A program made the position numbers and the translations under genes. 64,000 nt of DNA from Octopus sinensis (taxonomy: Eukaryota), in the NCBI RefSeq assembly GCF_006345805.1, contig NC_043018.1, positions 11,470,001-11,534,000 of the forward strand, written 5' to 3'. The stretch's first letter is position 1. Each line of letters begins with the position of its first letter. Shown in pieces: positions 12,505-25,890 of this stretch. The notes under the pieces are model-generated. The model did not search any database. It saw only the letters and a program-made list of their open reading frames with translations, and was not told the DNA's origin.

Positions 12505-13990
12505 GTTGGACAAAATAATGGAAACACCTAGCATCATAGCATCATAATTTTGAAATATTTATGAAACCGTCAAAAGCTTGTTTATTTTTAAGTTTTTTTT
12601 ATTTATTATTAGTGTTGCTTAATACGTTTTGCTAAAATTGCTGTTTCTTTTCAGATATTATCAGAAAAAGGTAATTAAAATTCATTAAAATGACAGATCT
12701 ATCAGACTTTCAATGAGGCCAAATTGTTGGTGCTAATATGGTAGGTGCTAGCGTAATGAAAACAGCCAAAATGTTTGGTGTATGAAGAAGTACTGTCTCA
12801 AAAGTAATGACAGCCTTTGAGAAAAAGGGAAAAACCTCCTTGTCAAAAGAAAACTCTAGAAGGAAACCAAAACTTTCAGATAGGGACCATAAGACTCTTA
12901 CACAAACTATCAGAAAGGATCACAAAAGTACAGCTACCAAGTAATGACCACCTTGAGAACCCAGTTTCCACAAAAACTGTTTGCTGGGAGCTGCTCAAAG
13001 CTGGATTTCATGAGAGGACTACAATCAGAAAACCACTACTTTCAGAAACAAACGTTGCAAAGCATTTAGAATGGAGTAAAAACCTACAGAATTGGTCCCT
13101 AAAGCAGTGGCAGAATGTTATTTTGTCAGACGAGTCATCCTTTACCTTATTTCCAACCACCAGTCCTAGTATATGTGTGGAGACAGCCAAAAGAAGCATT
13201 TGATCCAGACTGCCTTCTTCCAACTGTTAAACATGGAGGAGGATCTGTGATGAGCTGGGTGGGGTGGGGGCTATATCTTGGAAATCCACTGGCCCAATGG
13301 TTTCCCTTCATGGCAGAATTAATAGTCAAGACTATTTAAGCATTTTATTTTATCAAATTCATCCTATGGTTGCAGAACTGTTTCCAGAGAGAAACACTAT
13401 CTTCCAGGAAGATAATGCACCAATTCACACAGATAAAGTTATTACAGATAAAATTGCACGAGGAACATTCTGGTGAAGTTGAACATCTTATCTGGCCACC
13501 ACAGTCCTCAGATTTCAATATTATTGAACCTTTATGGTGCATTTTAGAAAAACAGGTAAGGAGTCGATATCCTCCACCATCATCACTACAAGAACTGGAG
13601 ACTGTTTTTAGCTGAAGAATGGACAAAAATTCCTTTGGAAACAATTCAAACTTTGTACGAGTCCATACTTCATAGAATTCAAGCTGTAATTATTGACAAA
13701 GGCGGTCCTACCCCATATTAAAATAAATTTGTTTGAAATTTTAAGGTGTTTCCATTATTCTGCCCCAACTCCTGTATGTATGTGTCTGTCCCCCTGCCAT
13801 TAGTTGACAACTGATGCTAGCATGTTTATGTACCTGTAACTTAGCAGTTCAGCAAAAGACCGACTGATAAAATAAGTACTAGGCTTACAAAGAATAAGTC
13901 CTGGGGTCAATTTCTTTGACCAAAACCCTTTAAGGTGGTGCTCCAGCATGGCTGCAGTAAACTGACTGAAAAAAGTAAAAGAATAAAAGA
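12287..13990 (+). mobile_element. tRNA-SINE family A copy split by a Tc1 insertion (5' half 12287-12445, 3' half 13775-13990)
   Basis: the two halves match the intact copies at 40673-41075 and 54720-55125. Confidence 0.75.
12500..13774 (+). mobile_element. full-length, inactivated Tc1-family DNA transposon
   Basis: ~30-bp TIRs (AGGGGTTGGACAAAATAATGGAAACACCT / AGGTGTTTCCATTATTCTGCCCCAACTCCTG), TA flanks; transposase from 12690 with stops and frameshifts, motifs SDES, TVKHGGGSVM, FQEDNAPIH, WPPQSSDFNIIE. Confidence 0.95.
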
Positions 13991-14267
13991 ATATACACAC
14001 ATAGATACATGCATCCTTCCCCTTTTGTTGTGTTACATTAGGTACCACCACATTGGACATGTTACATTGTGTTAATTAGAGGATTTGTATGACCCTGAGC
14101 CATTATTGATCCATCATTGATTCCTTATTACGTCTTCCAAAGCTAATAATGCCTGGGGCTTTCTGCTCCTTACAAGAAGACTATAGCCGTTAAGAGTTTA
14201 CAAATACCATTAAAAAAAATATATATATATATATATATATGTATGTATATAAAAGACCTAAGCTTAC

Positions 14268-14438
14268 CGTCAGTTCGTTTTCTTTAAAAGCTGCCAGAAA
14301 TTTATCCAAAGTAATAAAATTTGTGTGTTCTTTATCCATTTTCAATACAATCTGATTGAGTTCATAGTCGTTAATGTTCTTTATAAGGCTAATCATCACA
14401 AACCGTATGTCCATTCTCGTTAACCATCCTCGTTTGTG
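14268..14438 (-). CDS. EFCAB6: EFCAB6-like exon (EF-hand pair)
   Basis: CAG acceptor, GTAAGC donor; 171 nt, phase 0-0; HKRGWLTRMDIRFVMISLIKNINDYELNQIVLKMDKEHTNFITLDKFLAAFKENELT. Confidence 0.92.
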
Positions 14439-14971
14439 CTGAAAACACAACAACATGAAAGGAGACAATTTATTACAAAGATTACGTGCTGCTGGTGGCA
14501 TGTAAAAAGCACCCACTAGACTCTTGGAGTGGTTGGCATTAGGAAGGGCATCATCTGTAGAAACCTTGCCAGATCAGAATGGAACCTGGAGCAACCTCCT
14601 GGCTTGCCAGTATTCAGTCAAATCGTCCAACCCATGGCAGCATGGAAAGCAGGAGGAGGAGGATTCTATGAGAACCATTTAGCTTCAGAAAAAAATTTTG
14701 TTTTTGAATTCCAGCCCATGGTCCAACCCATAGCAGCATGGAAAATGGATGTTAAATGATGATGATGATGATGATGATGATGAATTCTTTTGATTAAATA
14801 GAAGATCCGTGTTTATATGTGGTAATGGTTCATGAGATTCTCGTGGCTTGTTTCAACTCAACTCCAAACAACTGAAAACAAAATGAAACCAAGCAGTATC
14901 TGTACATCTGCATTTACAACACAGAGACAGACATCTGTCTATTCAGCTATCGTGTGTGTGTGTGTACGTGT

Positions 14972-15000
<29 letters not shown>

Positions 15001-15003
<3 letters not shown>

Positions 15004-16060
15004 GCTGGGTGAAAAGTAATCAATGTTTTTGAAACATAAAATTCATCATAATATATTTCAGCAATGCAGAAATTTTATTCCTCAAAGTAAGTACCATTAC
15101 AATCAACACATTTTTGCCAACAAGTTAAAATTTTGTTTCTTCTGGTAACATAAAAATCTGGAGTTTTGGAGCTGATGAACTCTTTGAACACACTTTCAGC
15201 ATCAGTTTGATTTTTGAACTCCTTCTCTTGCAAGGAACCATCAATGTGCTTGAAAAAGTGATAATTGGTAGGAGAATAAGCTGGGTGGGGAAGAACTTTG
15301 TAGCCAAGTTCCCTCAACTTCTGGAGCATCATTAGTGAAACGTGGTCAATCATTGTCATGAAGAATGATTGGTCCTCTTCTGTTGACCAGTCTGGGAGGG
15401 AGGAGTAGCAGTTTTTCTTTCATTTTGGCAATTTCATGGCAAATTGTTTCTGCAGAAATGGTTTTTCCAGTTTTTAAGAAGTTGTAGTGGATGAGTCCAG
15501 CAGTACACCACCAAACAGTCACCATAACCTTTTTTTTTGAAGAGCTCAGATTTAGGGAAGATTTTTGGTGCTTCCTTATGGTCCAACTACTGTGAAGAAC
15601 ATTTTTTATTATAGTATAGAATCCACTTTTCCTCACAAGTTACAATATAGTCAAGAAATGGATCGGTCTGATTACAGAGAAGTGAGAAGCAAATTTCATA
15701 TCTGCACATTTTCTTATTTTCATTCAAATCATGTGTTACCCATTCGTTGAGCTTTTTTGATTTTCCTATCACATGCAAATGGTTGCAGACAGTTTTCTGG
15801 CTAACTTGAAGTTTTTTGTCAGTTCTCAAGTGGTTTTATGTGGATCTTTCTCAATGACAGTCTTTAATTGACCATCATCGATGACAGCTGGGCGTCCACT
15901 ATACTCATGGTCTTCAAGGCTCAGGACTCCACTGCAAAATCATTTAAACCATTTTCAAGCTGACCACTCACTGGTCATTTACACACCAAACATTTCATTG
16001 ATATTGCGAGCAGTTTCAGCTGCTTTACATGCTTTTTTGAAGTTGGATAGCAAATAATCA
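15001..16060 (-). mobile_element. mariner-family transposon, inactivated
   Basis: WVTHDL, IVTCEEKWILY, ILHDND, HPAYSP..YHFF motifs across frameshifted ORFs; TIR-like end at 15001 after (TA)n. Confidence 0.9.
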
Positions 16061-16769
16061 CAGTGCGATGGGAAATGAAGTATTTTGCTCAAGAACACAA
16101 TGCAATGCCAGGTCTGGGAATCAAAACCACAATCTCCCATTCGTGAGTGCAACACCCTAACCACTAAGCTATGCACCTTTGTTTGTTTGTGTGTGTGTGT
16201 GTATGTGTGTGTATGTATGTATGCATGTATGTATCAGGTGGTTATTTCAAGTCTAGTTTTAAGACTGTATGGCCATAAAATTTTCAGATAGGCCATGTCA
16301 CATTGCGTGAGGTGTCCAAATTTCAAGAAAAAAGAATACGTTGAATTGCATCAAATCTAGAGCTTACAGAGAAAAAAAACTAACTTCAGATTTGAATTCA
16401 GCAATCTCAATGAGTTAAGAACAAGTGCTGGCATCAATGCAACAAAAACTTTGTTTCCCTGTGATAATCAAAGCTTGTTGTTGTGGTTGTTGTGGTTGTT
16501 GTGGTGGTGGTGGTGGTGGTGAAGGAGGTGAGGGTGGATCTCTATTGTGCTACAATGAGGATTCAGTGTTTACATGGCAGTAATAATGATGATGGTGGTG
16601 GTGGTGGTGGTGGTGGTAGTGGTGTTGGTAATGATGATGATGATGATGGCAACAACAATGACAGTAAGAAAATATCAAGTTTCCACCAACATTAATGAAA
16701 ACAAAATTGCTATTTGCCAAAAGTTGTAAGACCGAAACGACTGAGACAAGAAGAAAAGTTAACACCTAC

Positions 16770-16893
16770 CGTATCAAGTTCATAAAAGGCTTTTTCTAAA
16801 GAGCCATGATTATGTAACATGTTTTGCTTCAAATGATAGAACATACATTTTACATCGATATCCGTAGATGAACACTTCAATGGAATAATAGCT
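16770..16893 (-). CDS. EFCAB6: EFCAB6-like exon
   Basis: CAG acceptor, GTAGGT donor; 124 nt, phase 2-0; AIIPLKCSSTDIDVKCMFYHLKQNMLHNHGSLEKAFYELDT; splicing completes the EF-hand loop DTHKRGWLTRMD. Confidence 0.9.
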
Positions 16894-18129
16894 CTGCAAT
16901 TGTAGAAAGAGTTTATGGAAGTAAGCCAAGAAATTTAAAGACTAATAAAGAATAAGAGTAAAAACAAAAAAACTTACAACTTTTTATGATAAATTTAGAT
17001 GGAAGTTTGTCCTCAGTCACCAATACTGTGCTCTAATTCTAGCCAAGATCAACTAATTATAAAATAGATTCCATGAGTGAGACCTACAGGTGTGATCAGT
17101 AGGAGCACTGTGCCACTGATGGCTTTTCACTGAAATGGAGCACTGAGCCAGTTCTTATGATGGAAGGGTAGCAAAAGTGTTTCCATGCCAAAGTAGAGAA
17201 TTTAGGAAGCAAAAAACTTAGAGAATAGAGACTGGTATCTGAAGGGTATCAGGAAAGGTACCTTAATAAGATCAGTACAGGTAGGTATCTTAATAGATCG
17301 GTTTATTTCATTCAGGATCAACTATTGAATAGAATTTTTTTTTTTAATTGAAATTGCATTGACTGAATAGAGACAAGGCTGTTTTGTTAAGAGGATTTGT
17401 TTCACAACCATATGGTCCCAAGTTCAATCCTACATCATAGCACATGGGGTAAAATGCCATATAATAAGATTCACTCTATCTGAAACTCTTCTACCATAAA
17501 TTCAAGTTGACCAATACCTTGTGAATGGAATTTAGTAGATGAAAACTGTACAGATGAGCTTGGAAACTCCCCAGTGGTGGCATTGCCAAGTTAAGAATTT
17601 TTGGAAGTTATCCATATTCCCAGGCCAAAAGTTTTCTGGAACAGACCAGCCAGTTGATTCTTGCCAGCAGCCAGAATGTTCCTGAGAATGTTGTTGCTCT
17701 ACTTTACAAGTAGTTCCCTAAAGATTGCTAACAGGGAAGTTCTATTGGCAGCACTGCCTGACTAGCAGAGTGCTGAGAACACCTGACAACACTAAAATGT
17801 CAGGCCCCCAAGTTTTGGCCTTTGTTTGACCCAGAAGAGCAACTCAATCCCAAAATATTTGAAGATGCTGCAGTCTCAGAGCTTGTCTGCACATCATCGA
17901 ACATGATACACCTAGCCTTTCTCACAGACTGTACTGGCAGAAGATATACAACCTGAGCCAGTAGAATGTGACCCTTCTGCAAGAAGGGTCACATAATTTG
18001 ATTGGATGAAAAACTAAGGTAAAACACAATGGTCAAGCAATGATAATGGAAACAAATTATGTATTCATCAACCTGACCTTTCAGGGATTAGTCTCCTCTC
18101 AGCCCAAGTCTTATCCACCTGGGGGTCAG

Positions 18130-18445
18130 AACCAAATCAGATCCCAAGTAATATAGCTTGTCAGTACAGCACCCCAAGATGCTGGGGTGATATGCACTTG
18201 CTTCTCCAGATACCCAGCTGCAAGTCTACCAACTTGCTCAGGTTAACCATTACTCCTGTCACTGTTATATATTTCTTTAGAATGGTGCCAGCCACCTCAC
18301 CTTTCATAGTGTCTAATGCTATTATGGTGACATCATTCACATATGCTGACATAGCCTTCATGCATTCTGGTTTGGATGGAATGTCTCTCAACAAATCCAG
18401 TTTCAACTGTAGAGGCTTCAGAATTAGCATATCCAGAGTCATCTA
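18130..18445 (-). mobile_element. L1/Tx1-like LINE RT fragment
   Basis: LKPLQLKL...SAYVNDVTI (degenerate YADD)...VTGVMVNLSKLVDLQLGIWRSK. Confidence 0.6.
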
Positions 18446-19782
18446 GCAGACTGATTAGGTCTAGGATGAATTCCATAGCTTGGTTGTCCATTTGACAAAA
18501 TACCAACATTACATCTTTGTGTATTCTGGTGGTGGTAGTCCGGGGCAACAAAATAAGTACATCAACCCCAGTGCTTAATTGGTGCTTAATCTTAATCTTA
18601 ATCTTATTGCTTCCTTCCTCCACCAAAGGATGAAAGGTAAAGTTGACCATGACAGGATATGAACTCAGGATGCTGTCATCACCCAGTCATGCTTATAGCA
18701 TGGATCTTATTTTTTATCTTTCGTTAACTGAATATTCCATCTACAAATGCCACACCAATAGATGCTGCAGTAGTTGTCCTGGTCATTGACCTTGTAAGTT
18801 CTTCCACCTAGCATCTTTATGTGTTTTGCCATAGGCAGAGAGCAGCTCCTCCACCAAAAAAAAAAAAAAAAACCCATCATGCTGCTTCCCATGGCTTCAC
18901 CATGATTCTGGTTTCATCTTTTACATTTACTCCTCTAGAGTGAGTATTTTAGTTTGGCTTGTGGCCCTTAACCTGTCTAGTATAGGTTACCCAACCAGAT
19001 GAACTCCTGCCAGCATAGTTCTTGGGAACATTGACGCACACATATAAACACACAAAAAAAACAATATAAAAAACATAAAATTTAAGAATACAAATAAAGG
19101 AGGCAGTGCCAGGGGACGGAGACCTTTGGTGATATACCATGCTTGAGAAGCACTGTCAAGCCAAGTGAGATTGTAGTTATGACCGGTGCCTGTGTTACAT
19201 AACTAGTATCCATGCTGGTAGCATGTAAAAAGCACCCACTACACTCTTGGAGTGGTTGGTATTAAGAAAGGGCATCCAGCTGTAGAAACCATGCCAAATC
19301 ACATTGGAATCTGGTGCAGCTTCCCAGCTTACCAGTCCTCAGCCAAACCATCCAGCTCATACAGGCATGGAAAATAGATGTCAAATGATGATGATGATGA
19401 TATAAACAATATATAAATATGTAGACATGGTTGGATGGCTGTGGACTATTCATGAGTTCCTCTGCCCTTTGACAGGTTTTATGTTTTGTCTCCACAGGGT
19501 GTCCAACAATCATCTTCCTCAGCAAGCAAGCTTAGTGGGGTTGCCCCATTTTAGTCATGACCTGATTATGCAACAGGTTGTACTGGGTTCCATGTTACCA
19601 GTAGCACTAAATAGTGACCTGACATGACTCAGGATGTAAAGAGCTGGAAAAATACCTCTAAGCATTTTGTCCAACATGCTAATGATTCTGCTAACTAGCT
19701 GCCTCAATGATGATGATGATGATGATGATGAGGACGATGATGAGGGCGACGACGACCACCACTGCCGTCATCGTCATCATCA

Positions 19783-20582
19783 TCAAAGTATATTGCCCCA
19801 GAACTACCAAGCCAATGTGATGAAAAATGGAGTACATCCTAAATGCTGATTCTGCAATGAAGCGATTGAAACAGTGGACACCCTAATCTCTAGATGTAGT
19901 CTTGGCACCAGTAGAGTATAAATCAAGACATGACCGAGTTGGCCAATATCAACACTGGTTAATATATTGGCGTTATAAAATCAAAACTGCTGACAAGAGG
20001 TATAATCACCACCCTGAGACTAACTGAAGGAGAGAATGTAACAATTCGTTGTGACTTTCCAGTACATGCAGACCAAACCCTCAAAGCTAATAAACCAGAT
20101 ATTGTTGTGAAAGACCAAAACAATAAAGTCTGTTTCTTGATCAACATGTGTATTCCTTGTGATCATAATATCTCGGCAAAAGATTTTGACAAGCTCAGAA
20201 ACTATAAAGATTTGCTCATTGAAACTGAAAAAATGGTGGTTACAATACCAGTGATTGTAGGAACTGGAAATTATTTGAGAATGATCCTTGGCTTACCATC
20301 CATGCAAGAAATGCAAAAGTTTGTTTTAACTGGCACGTCACATGTATTGAGAAAAGCATTGTCTATGAGAGAACGATTGCTACCCATTTATTTTAATTTG
20401 CTTTTGTTTTTTCACATCATTTCATTTCATTTTGAAAATGAACAATTTGGTGTGTTTAGTTTCATGGCCTACCATAGTATACAAGTGAGTTTCTTTGCTC
20501 GAGGACTTGGGAAGACATTCAGCAAGAAATGGAAACAAAATTGAAGGAAGAAAAACTTATAACAATAATTATAATAATAATA
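19783..20582 (+). mobile_element. R4/Dong-like LINE 3' end (CCHC finger + restriction-like endonuclease) ending in TAA repeats
   Basis: PKC*FC...ETVDTLISRC, YKSRHDRVG, KANKPDIVVKD, VTIPVIVG, TSHVLRKALS; AAT repeats at 20563-20582. Confidence 0.85.
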
Positions 20583-20697
20583 GTTTCTTTAGTTTGCGGC
20601 AAGGACAAAAAGTAATGGAATTAATAATGGTGTTGAATGTTTTAAGAAACTATTTGGAACAATTGCAAGCAATTTCAGACGAAATGTTAACAGTTAC

Positions 20698-20811
20698 CTT
20701 GGGTCATTTATTATTTCCTTAAAATTTGGTGGACATGGCTTCTGTGTTTTTGCCATGAATTCATTTAAGAAGATTTGCCAAGCAAGTTTGTCTCTGGTAT
20801 TTATGCGAAGT
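20698..20811 (-). CDS. EFCAB6: EFCAB6-like exon
   Basis: CAG acceptor, GTAACT donor; 114 nt, phase 2-2; LRINTRDKLAWQIFLNEFMAKTQKPCPPNFKEIINDP. Confidence 0.9.
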
Positions 20812-21525
20812 CTGAAACAATAAAGGTTGCAAGAAAGCTTTATTCCTTGTGAACATATTTCCAATGAATGCAAGAGAATATAAAAAAAAAACGTCACAAC
20901 TTCCCCCCCCCCGCTTCATCTGGAGATAGTTTTGAAACGAAAAATATATGTATTCTCATAGATGCAGATGCATTATTCATCACAATAGACTTTACTGCTC
21001 ACAGCAGTCAATTATGCACAAGGAATATCTTATGCTATGAAGACATAATCATAACAACAACAATAAAAGTAACATGAATAGGAACAACAACAACAACAAC
21101 AACAGAAAGAACAACAAACCTGACATCAACAACTTCTACCTCTATCACCACCACCACCACCACCACCACCACCACCATCACTACCGCTACCACTACTGTC
21201 ACAATCATCATCATCATTATTATCACCACTGTTACAACATCAACACAAAATTTACATCAGACAGGCATGGTAAAGAATAATGAATGCGTAGTGCTGCTAC
21301 CATATATGTTTCCCATCTTTGAGGCAGTAATTTGTTTTTGTTACATTATTTCCTTGTGATGCCATTTCTTTTATTATTTTCTATATTCTCTTGCTCACAA
21401 ATATTATTTTAAGATTCTGGATAAAACAAGTAAGTTTGGGTGATAATATATCCAAAGTCTTTCACTCAACAAAAGAACTCGGCATGTAACTTTGTAAAAT
21501 AGCTGTGAGCCATAAATAGCTGCTG

Positions 21526-21575
<50 letters not shown>

Positions 21576-23444
21576 CTCTCTAGCCAAGGCATACAGCACT
21601 TTATTCATCTGTGAATGATAATCACATTATATATATTCAGCTCTTTACGTCTTGACAGACGGTCTAAGCAGTAAAGAATGTCTTAATTAGATTCTTGTAG
21701 TCTTTTTCCTGAAGATTCTCTCATAGCTGATTCTTCCTATGTTTGATGAGCAAGTTCTGCAGCAAAATCTGCAAGCAAGGAAGGTGCTTCAGTGTTGCAG
21801 TGTGTAGTCTTTCTGTCTTTGGTGTTTTGCTTCAAATCAAATTCGATGACTGGCATCCGTGCTAGCGAGGTGCAAAGAGCACCATACGAGTGTGATTGTT
21901 GACAGAGCAGCTAACCAGCTTCTGTGCCAGTGGCACATAAAAGGCACCATTCGAGTGTGATTGTTACCAGCATCGCCTTACTGGCACCTGTGCCGGTGAC
22001 ATGTGTAAAAAGATTCGAGCGAGGTTGTTGCCAGTACAGCCTGACTAGCCCCCATGCCGGTGGCACGTAAAAGCACCCACTACACTCTCGGAGTGGTTGG
22101 CATTAGGAAGGGCATCCAGCGGTAGAAACTCTGCCAGATCAAGATTGAAGCCTGGTGCAGCCATCTGGTTTGCCAGCCCTCAGTCAAATCGTCCAACCCA
22201 TGCTAGCATGGAAAGTGGACGTTAAACGATGATGATGATGATGATGACAGGTTGTTTTCTTCTCTGAGCTGTTTGACTCCTTTGCTCACTGAGGTTTTCC
22301 ATGCTATTCCGTCTTCAGTTGACATTTTCCAAGTCTTTGCACCAATGTGGCACTTGGTCAGGTTGCCCAAAATTGTCTTTAAACGAGTTTTTAAAAATGT
22401 TGGCCTTGGTCATCCTCTGGATCTGCTACCCTGAGCCAACTTGCCATATAACAGCTGTTTGCAAATTCTGTTGTCATCCATCTGCTTCACATGTCCAAGC
22501 CATCTCAGTCTCCTTTTGCACAGAATAACCATCATGCCCAGAAATGCTGCCTGCTTCATACTATATAAAACACTGCAATATAAAACTCTACAGCAGTGTT
22601 CCTTAACCTCTGTCGGGTTTACAATGAATTGGACATTATGTTAGCAGCGAGAGAAAGCAAGTTTGATGATAAACCAGTGTGCATCAATTGTTCTACATCC
22701 ATTTTTCCATGCTTGCATGGGTTTGATGAAGCATTGTCTTACAGCCCAATGCCCTTCCCGTCACCAAGCCTTTCCTGTCTTTCAAGTGAAGATCCTTGTT
22801 CCACATAGCTTCAAAGGCACAAAATGAGTGGATAATTTGTTAAAAGGAGAACTGACAACAACAACATTGCCTGATGCATGTGATAGCAGGCGTAAGCAAA
22901 CATACAGGAACACACACACACACACACACACAGTGTGTGTGTTGATGATCTGCTTTCAGTTTCCATCTACCAAATATGTTACAAGGACAGGGTTGGCCTG
23001 GAATACAGAAGATTCTTGCTCAAAATACCACATGGAAGGAGTGAATTCAAAATCATAATGGCAGAAAGCAAGCCTCTTAAGCGCACAGCTATGCATACAC
23101 TTATTTGGTCTGCCTACTTTTCTTTTTAACCAAACACAGAGGGAGTCCTTGTGTATAAGGTCATTCAGTGCAAGGGATCACTGAGCTACAGAACACCAAG
23201 AATCACTAGTTGAAGACTAAGTGTTCAGTGGAGCTCCACACTATCTCCTCCCCCCTCCAAATGAATGAACTGGGCGTGTCAGAATGCAACAGCAGAAAAT
23301 TGCAAAAGTAGATGAAATAACCATCACAGAATAACCGTCATGCCCAGAGATGCTGCCTGTTTCATATTATAAGCTGTGTGCTTAAGAGGCTTGCTTTCTG
23401 ACATTAGATGAAATAAGAATATATAAGACATGGCTAAAACAAAC

Positions 23445-23593
23445 CTTTCCATTAACAAATCAAAAAGTTCATTACTCATTGGAAAACAACAGCTCTCAAT
23501 AATCTCCTTGAATTTGCACATGGTGATGTAGCCCTTTAAGTATGGGTCGTGAGTTATGAAAAACTTTCGCATTTTATCAGGGTTTTTGCAAAT
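23445..23593 (-). CDS. EFCAB6: EFCAB6-like exon (EF-hand)
   Basis: CAG acceptor, GTTTGT donor; 149 nt, phase 0-2; ICKNPDKMRKFFITHDPYLKGYITMCKFKEIIESCCFPMSNELFDLLME, resembling the DPxxxGYV...F..LM.R repeat of EFCAB6 (recalled, not searched). Confidence 0.92.
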
Positions 23594-23819
23594 CTGTCGG
23601 AAAAGAAAATGACACAAAATTTAATAATTAAATGAAGTTTAAAGTTTGGAAAATATGAATCAGTAAAATGCCTTTATTGTGTAAGGAGCAAACAACAAGA
23701 ACAACAACAACAATCCTTTCTACTAAAGGCACAAGGTCTGGAATGTTTTGGCAGGAGGGGACTATTCTTTTAAATCGATCCAAGTGTTTCATTGGTACTT
23801 AATTTATCAGCCCCCAAGA

Positions 23820-23864
<45 letters not shown>

Positions 23865-24033
23865 TAATAATAATAATAATAATAATAGCGTTAGAAGCTG
23901 TGCAAAGGCAATTATAATAATAATGATAATAATAATAATAATATAATAATAATAATAATAATAATAATATAATAATAATAATAATAATAATAATAGCGTT
24001 AGAAGCTGTGCAAAGGCAATTATAATAATAATG

Positions 24034-24083
<50 letters not shown>
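23820..24083. repeat. (AAT)n array with a duplicated 27-bp interruption
   Basis: AGCGTTAGAAGCTGTGCAAAGGCAATT occurs twice, ~109 bp apart. Confidence 0.9.
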
Positions 24084-24261
24084 CCTTTCTACTATAGGTA
24101 TAAGGCCTGAAATTTATGGTAGATTACATTAACCACGGTATTCAAATGACACTTATTTTAACAACCCCAAAAGGATGAAAGGCAAAGTCAAGCTCAGCAG
24201 CATTTAAATTCAGGACATAAAGCCAGAAGTGCTGCTAGCAAATGCTATCACTAGCAAGCTC

Positions 24262-24497
24262 TCCTTACTCACGAGTTTCTTGCCAAAAACAACACAGTAT
24301 CACATCTGCACCTACCCTATTCGCCAGATTTAGCACCTGTGAATTTCCATCTCCTGAGATGAAAATGCAGCCGAAAGGTCACCGTTTTAACACCACTGTC
24401 GAGATCAAGAGCAAATCACAGAGGATCCTCAACTTGCTTACAGAAAACAACCGCCAGGCTGGATTCCAAAAGTAACACGAGTGTTGGGACCGGTGTA
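24262..24497 (+). mobile_element. mariner transposase C-terminal fragment
   Basis: EFLAKNN...LPYSPDLAPVNF...KGHRF...FQK*HECWDRC. Confidence 0.75.
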
Positions 24498-25203
24498 GAG
24501 GTAAAAATGTTATTTACTTGGCCCCAGTGCCTGTAGAGTGACTTAGTGGATAATAACTATATCACCCTTTGTTTAGAAATAAAGGTGTTCTTAATACAAA
24601 TCCAGCACGGGACTATAGATAGATCTAGATAAAAATATTTGATGAGTGTGGGCCAAACTAGTGAAAACATAATATAGATATAAAGATTATAAATATACAC
24701 ACTAAAAATGAGGTTAATAATTCATAAAATTATACTCTTAAAAATGTCATTGGATTGTCAGCAGAACACACACACACCAAACCTTCCAATATTATTATTG
24801 TTATCCTCCTCCTCCTCCTCCTCCTCCACATTCACTTACCACTGACAACAACACCAGGATACATTTATGGATGCAAGCAAACACATGTCATAAAGTATTT
24901 AGTAGTGCCACATGAGTATGTGCTGTATCTGTCCATTGGTGTCCATTGGTGTCCATCCTCTGTCTAATCCTTAAGTTCAAACATCCAACACCTGTTGCTC
25001 AGAATGCTATCTGTAAAACAATCTGATGTGCTGCTTCATACTACTGAACAAAATTAACTGAACAAAATTAACTGAACAACATTTTAGCACCATTTACTCA
25101 TGTAAGCTTTTGAAACGCTTTGACAACTGAGGCCATTTCCTGTCACACAGACACACACACACAGAAACACAAAAAGAAGCATCTTGTTTAAATGAAACAT
25201 TAC

Positions 25204-25295
25204 CATATTCCGTAAATATTGCTCTAAATAGTCCAACTTCTCGGTATGCTGACTGGAAGGCACATTACCTTGTTTGAATGAAGCCCAAATTGAAG
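25204..25295 (-). CDS. EFCAB6: EFCAB6-like exon
   Basis: long pyrimidine tract + AAG acceptor, GTAATG donor; 92 nt, phase 1-0; SIWASFKQGNVPSSQHTEKLDYLEQYLRNM. Confidence 0.85.
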
Positions 25296-25839
25296 CTTAA
25301 AAGAAAAAAGAAAAACGTAAAACGGTGCCCTGAAAATTCCAATCTTATAGACAGGTTGCTGTAGGTCGTGTTTGTTTTGTTGAAGTAACAAAATGAGTGA
25401 TATGATGTGATATTTCACTACCAGTTTGTAGATTTTGAGATTAATTCTACTGTAGAAATTTTGTTGTGTGTATCTAAATGTATAATAGTATTGTGTACTG
25501 TATGACTTTGTAAAAATGTGGTCTTGGGGTTCAGTCCCACTACAGCATCTTGGGTTTTTGGATGAATGTCAAGTGCAACACTTAGCCTTTTAAATGAAAC
25601 TGGATGGGCAGAAATGGTATAGAAGCCCATCAGATGGATCATAGTTGCAACTCCTAGGCTTGTGCACATGAAACACAGAATGATATTGATTCCAGCTGAA
25701 GATTATAATAAATACTAATATCTATGGAATACTCAGCCTCTTGCATGATAATTCCTTGAAGAAACAGCTGCAATACTCATTGTTCAAACCAACACAAAAT
25801 CATGGTGTGCGTGTGTGTGTGCGTGTGAGTGTGAGTGTG

Positions 25840-25890
<51 letters not shown>

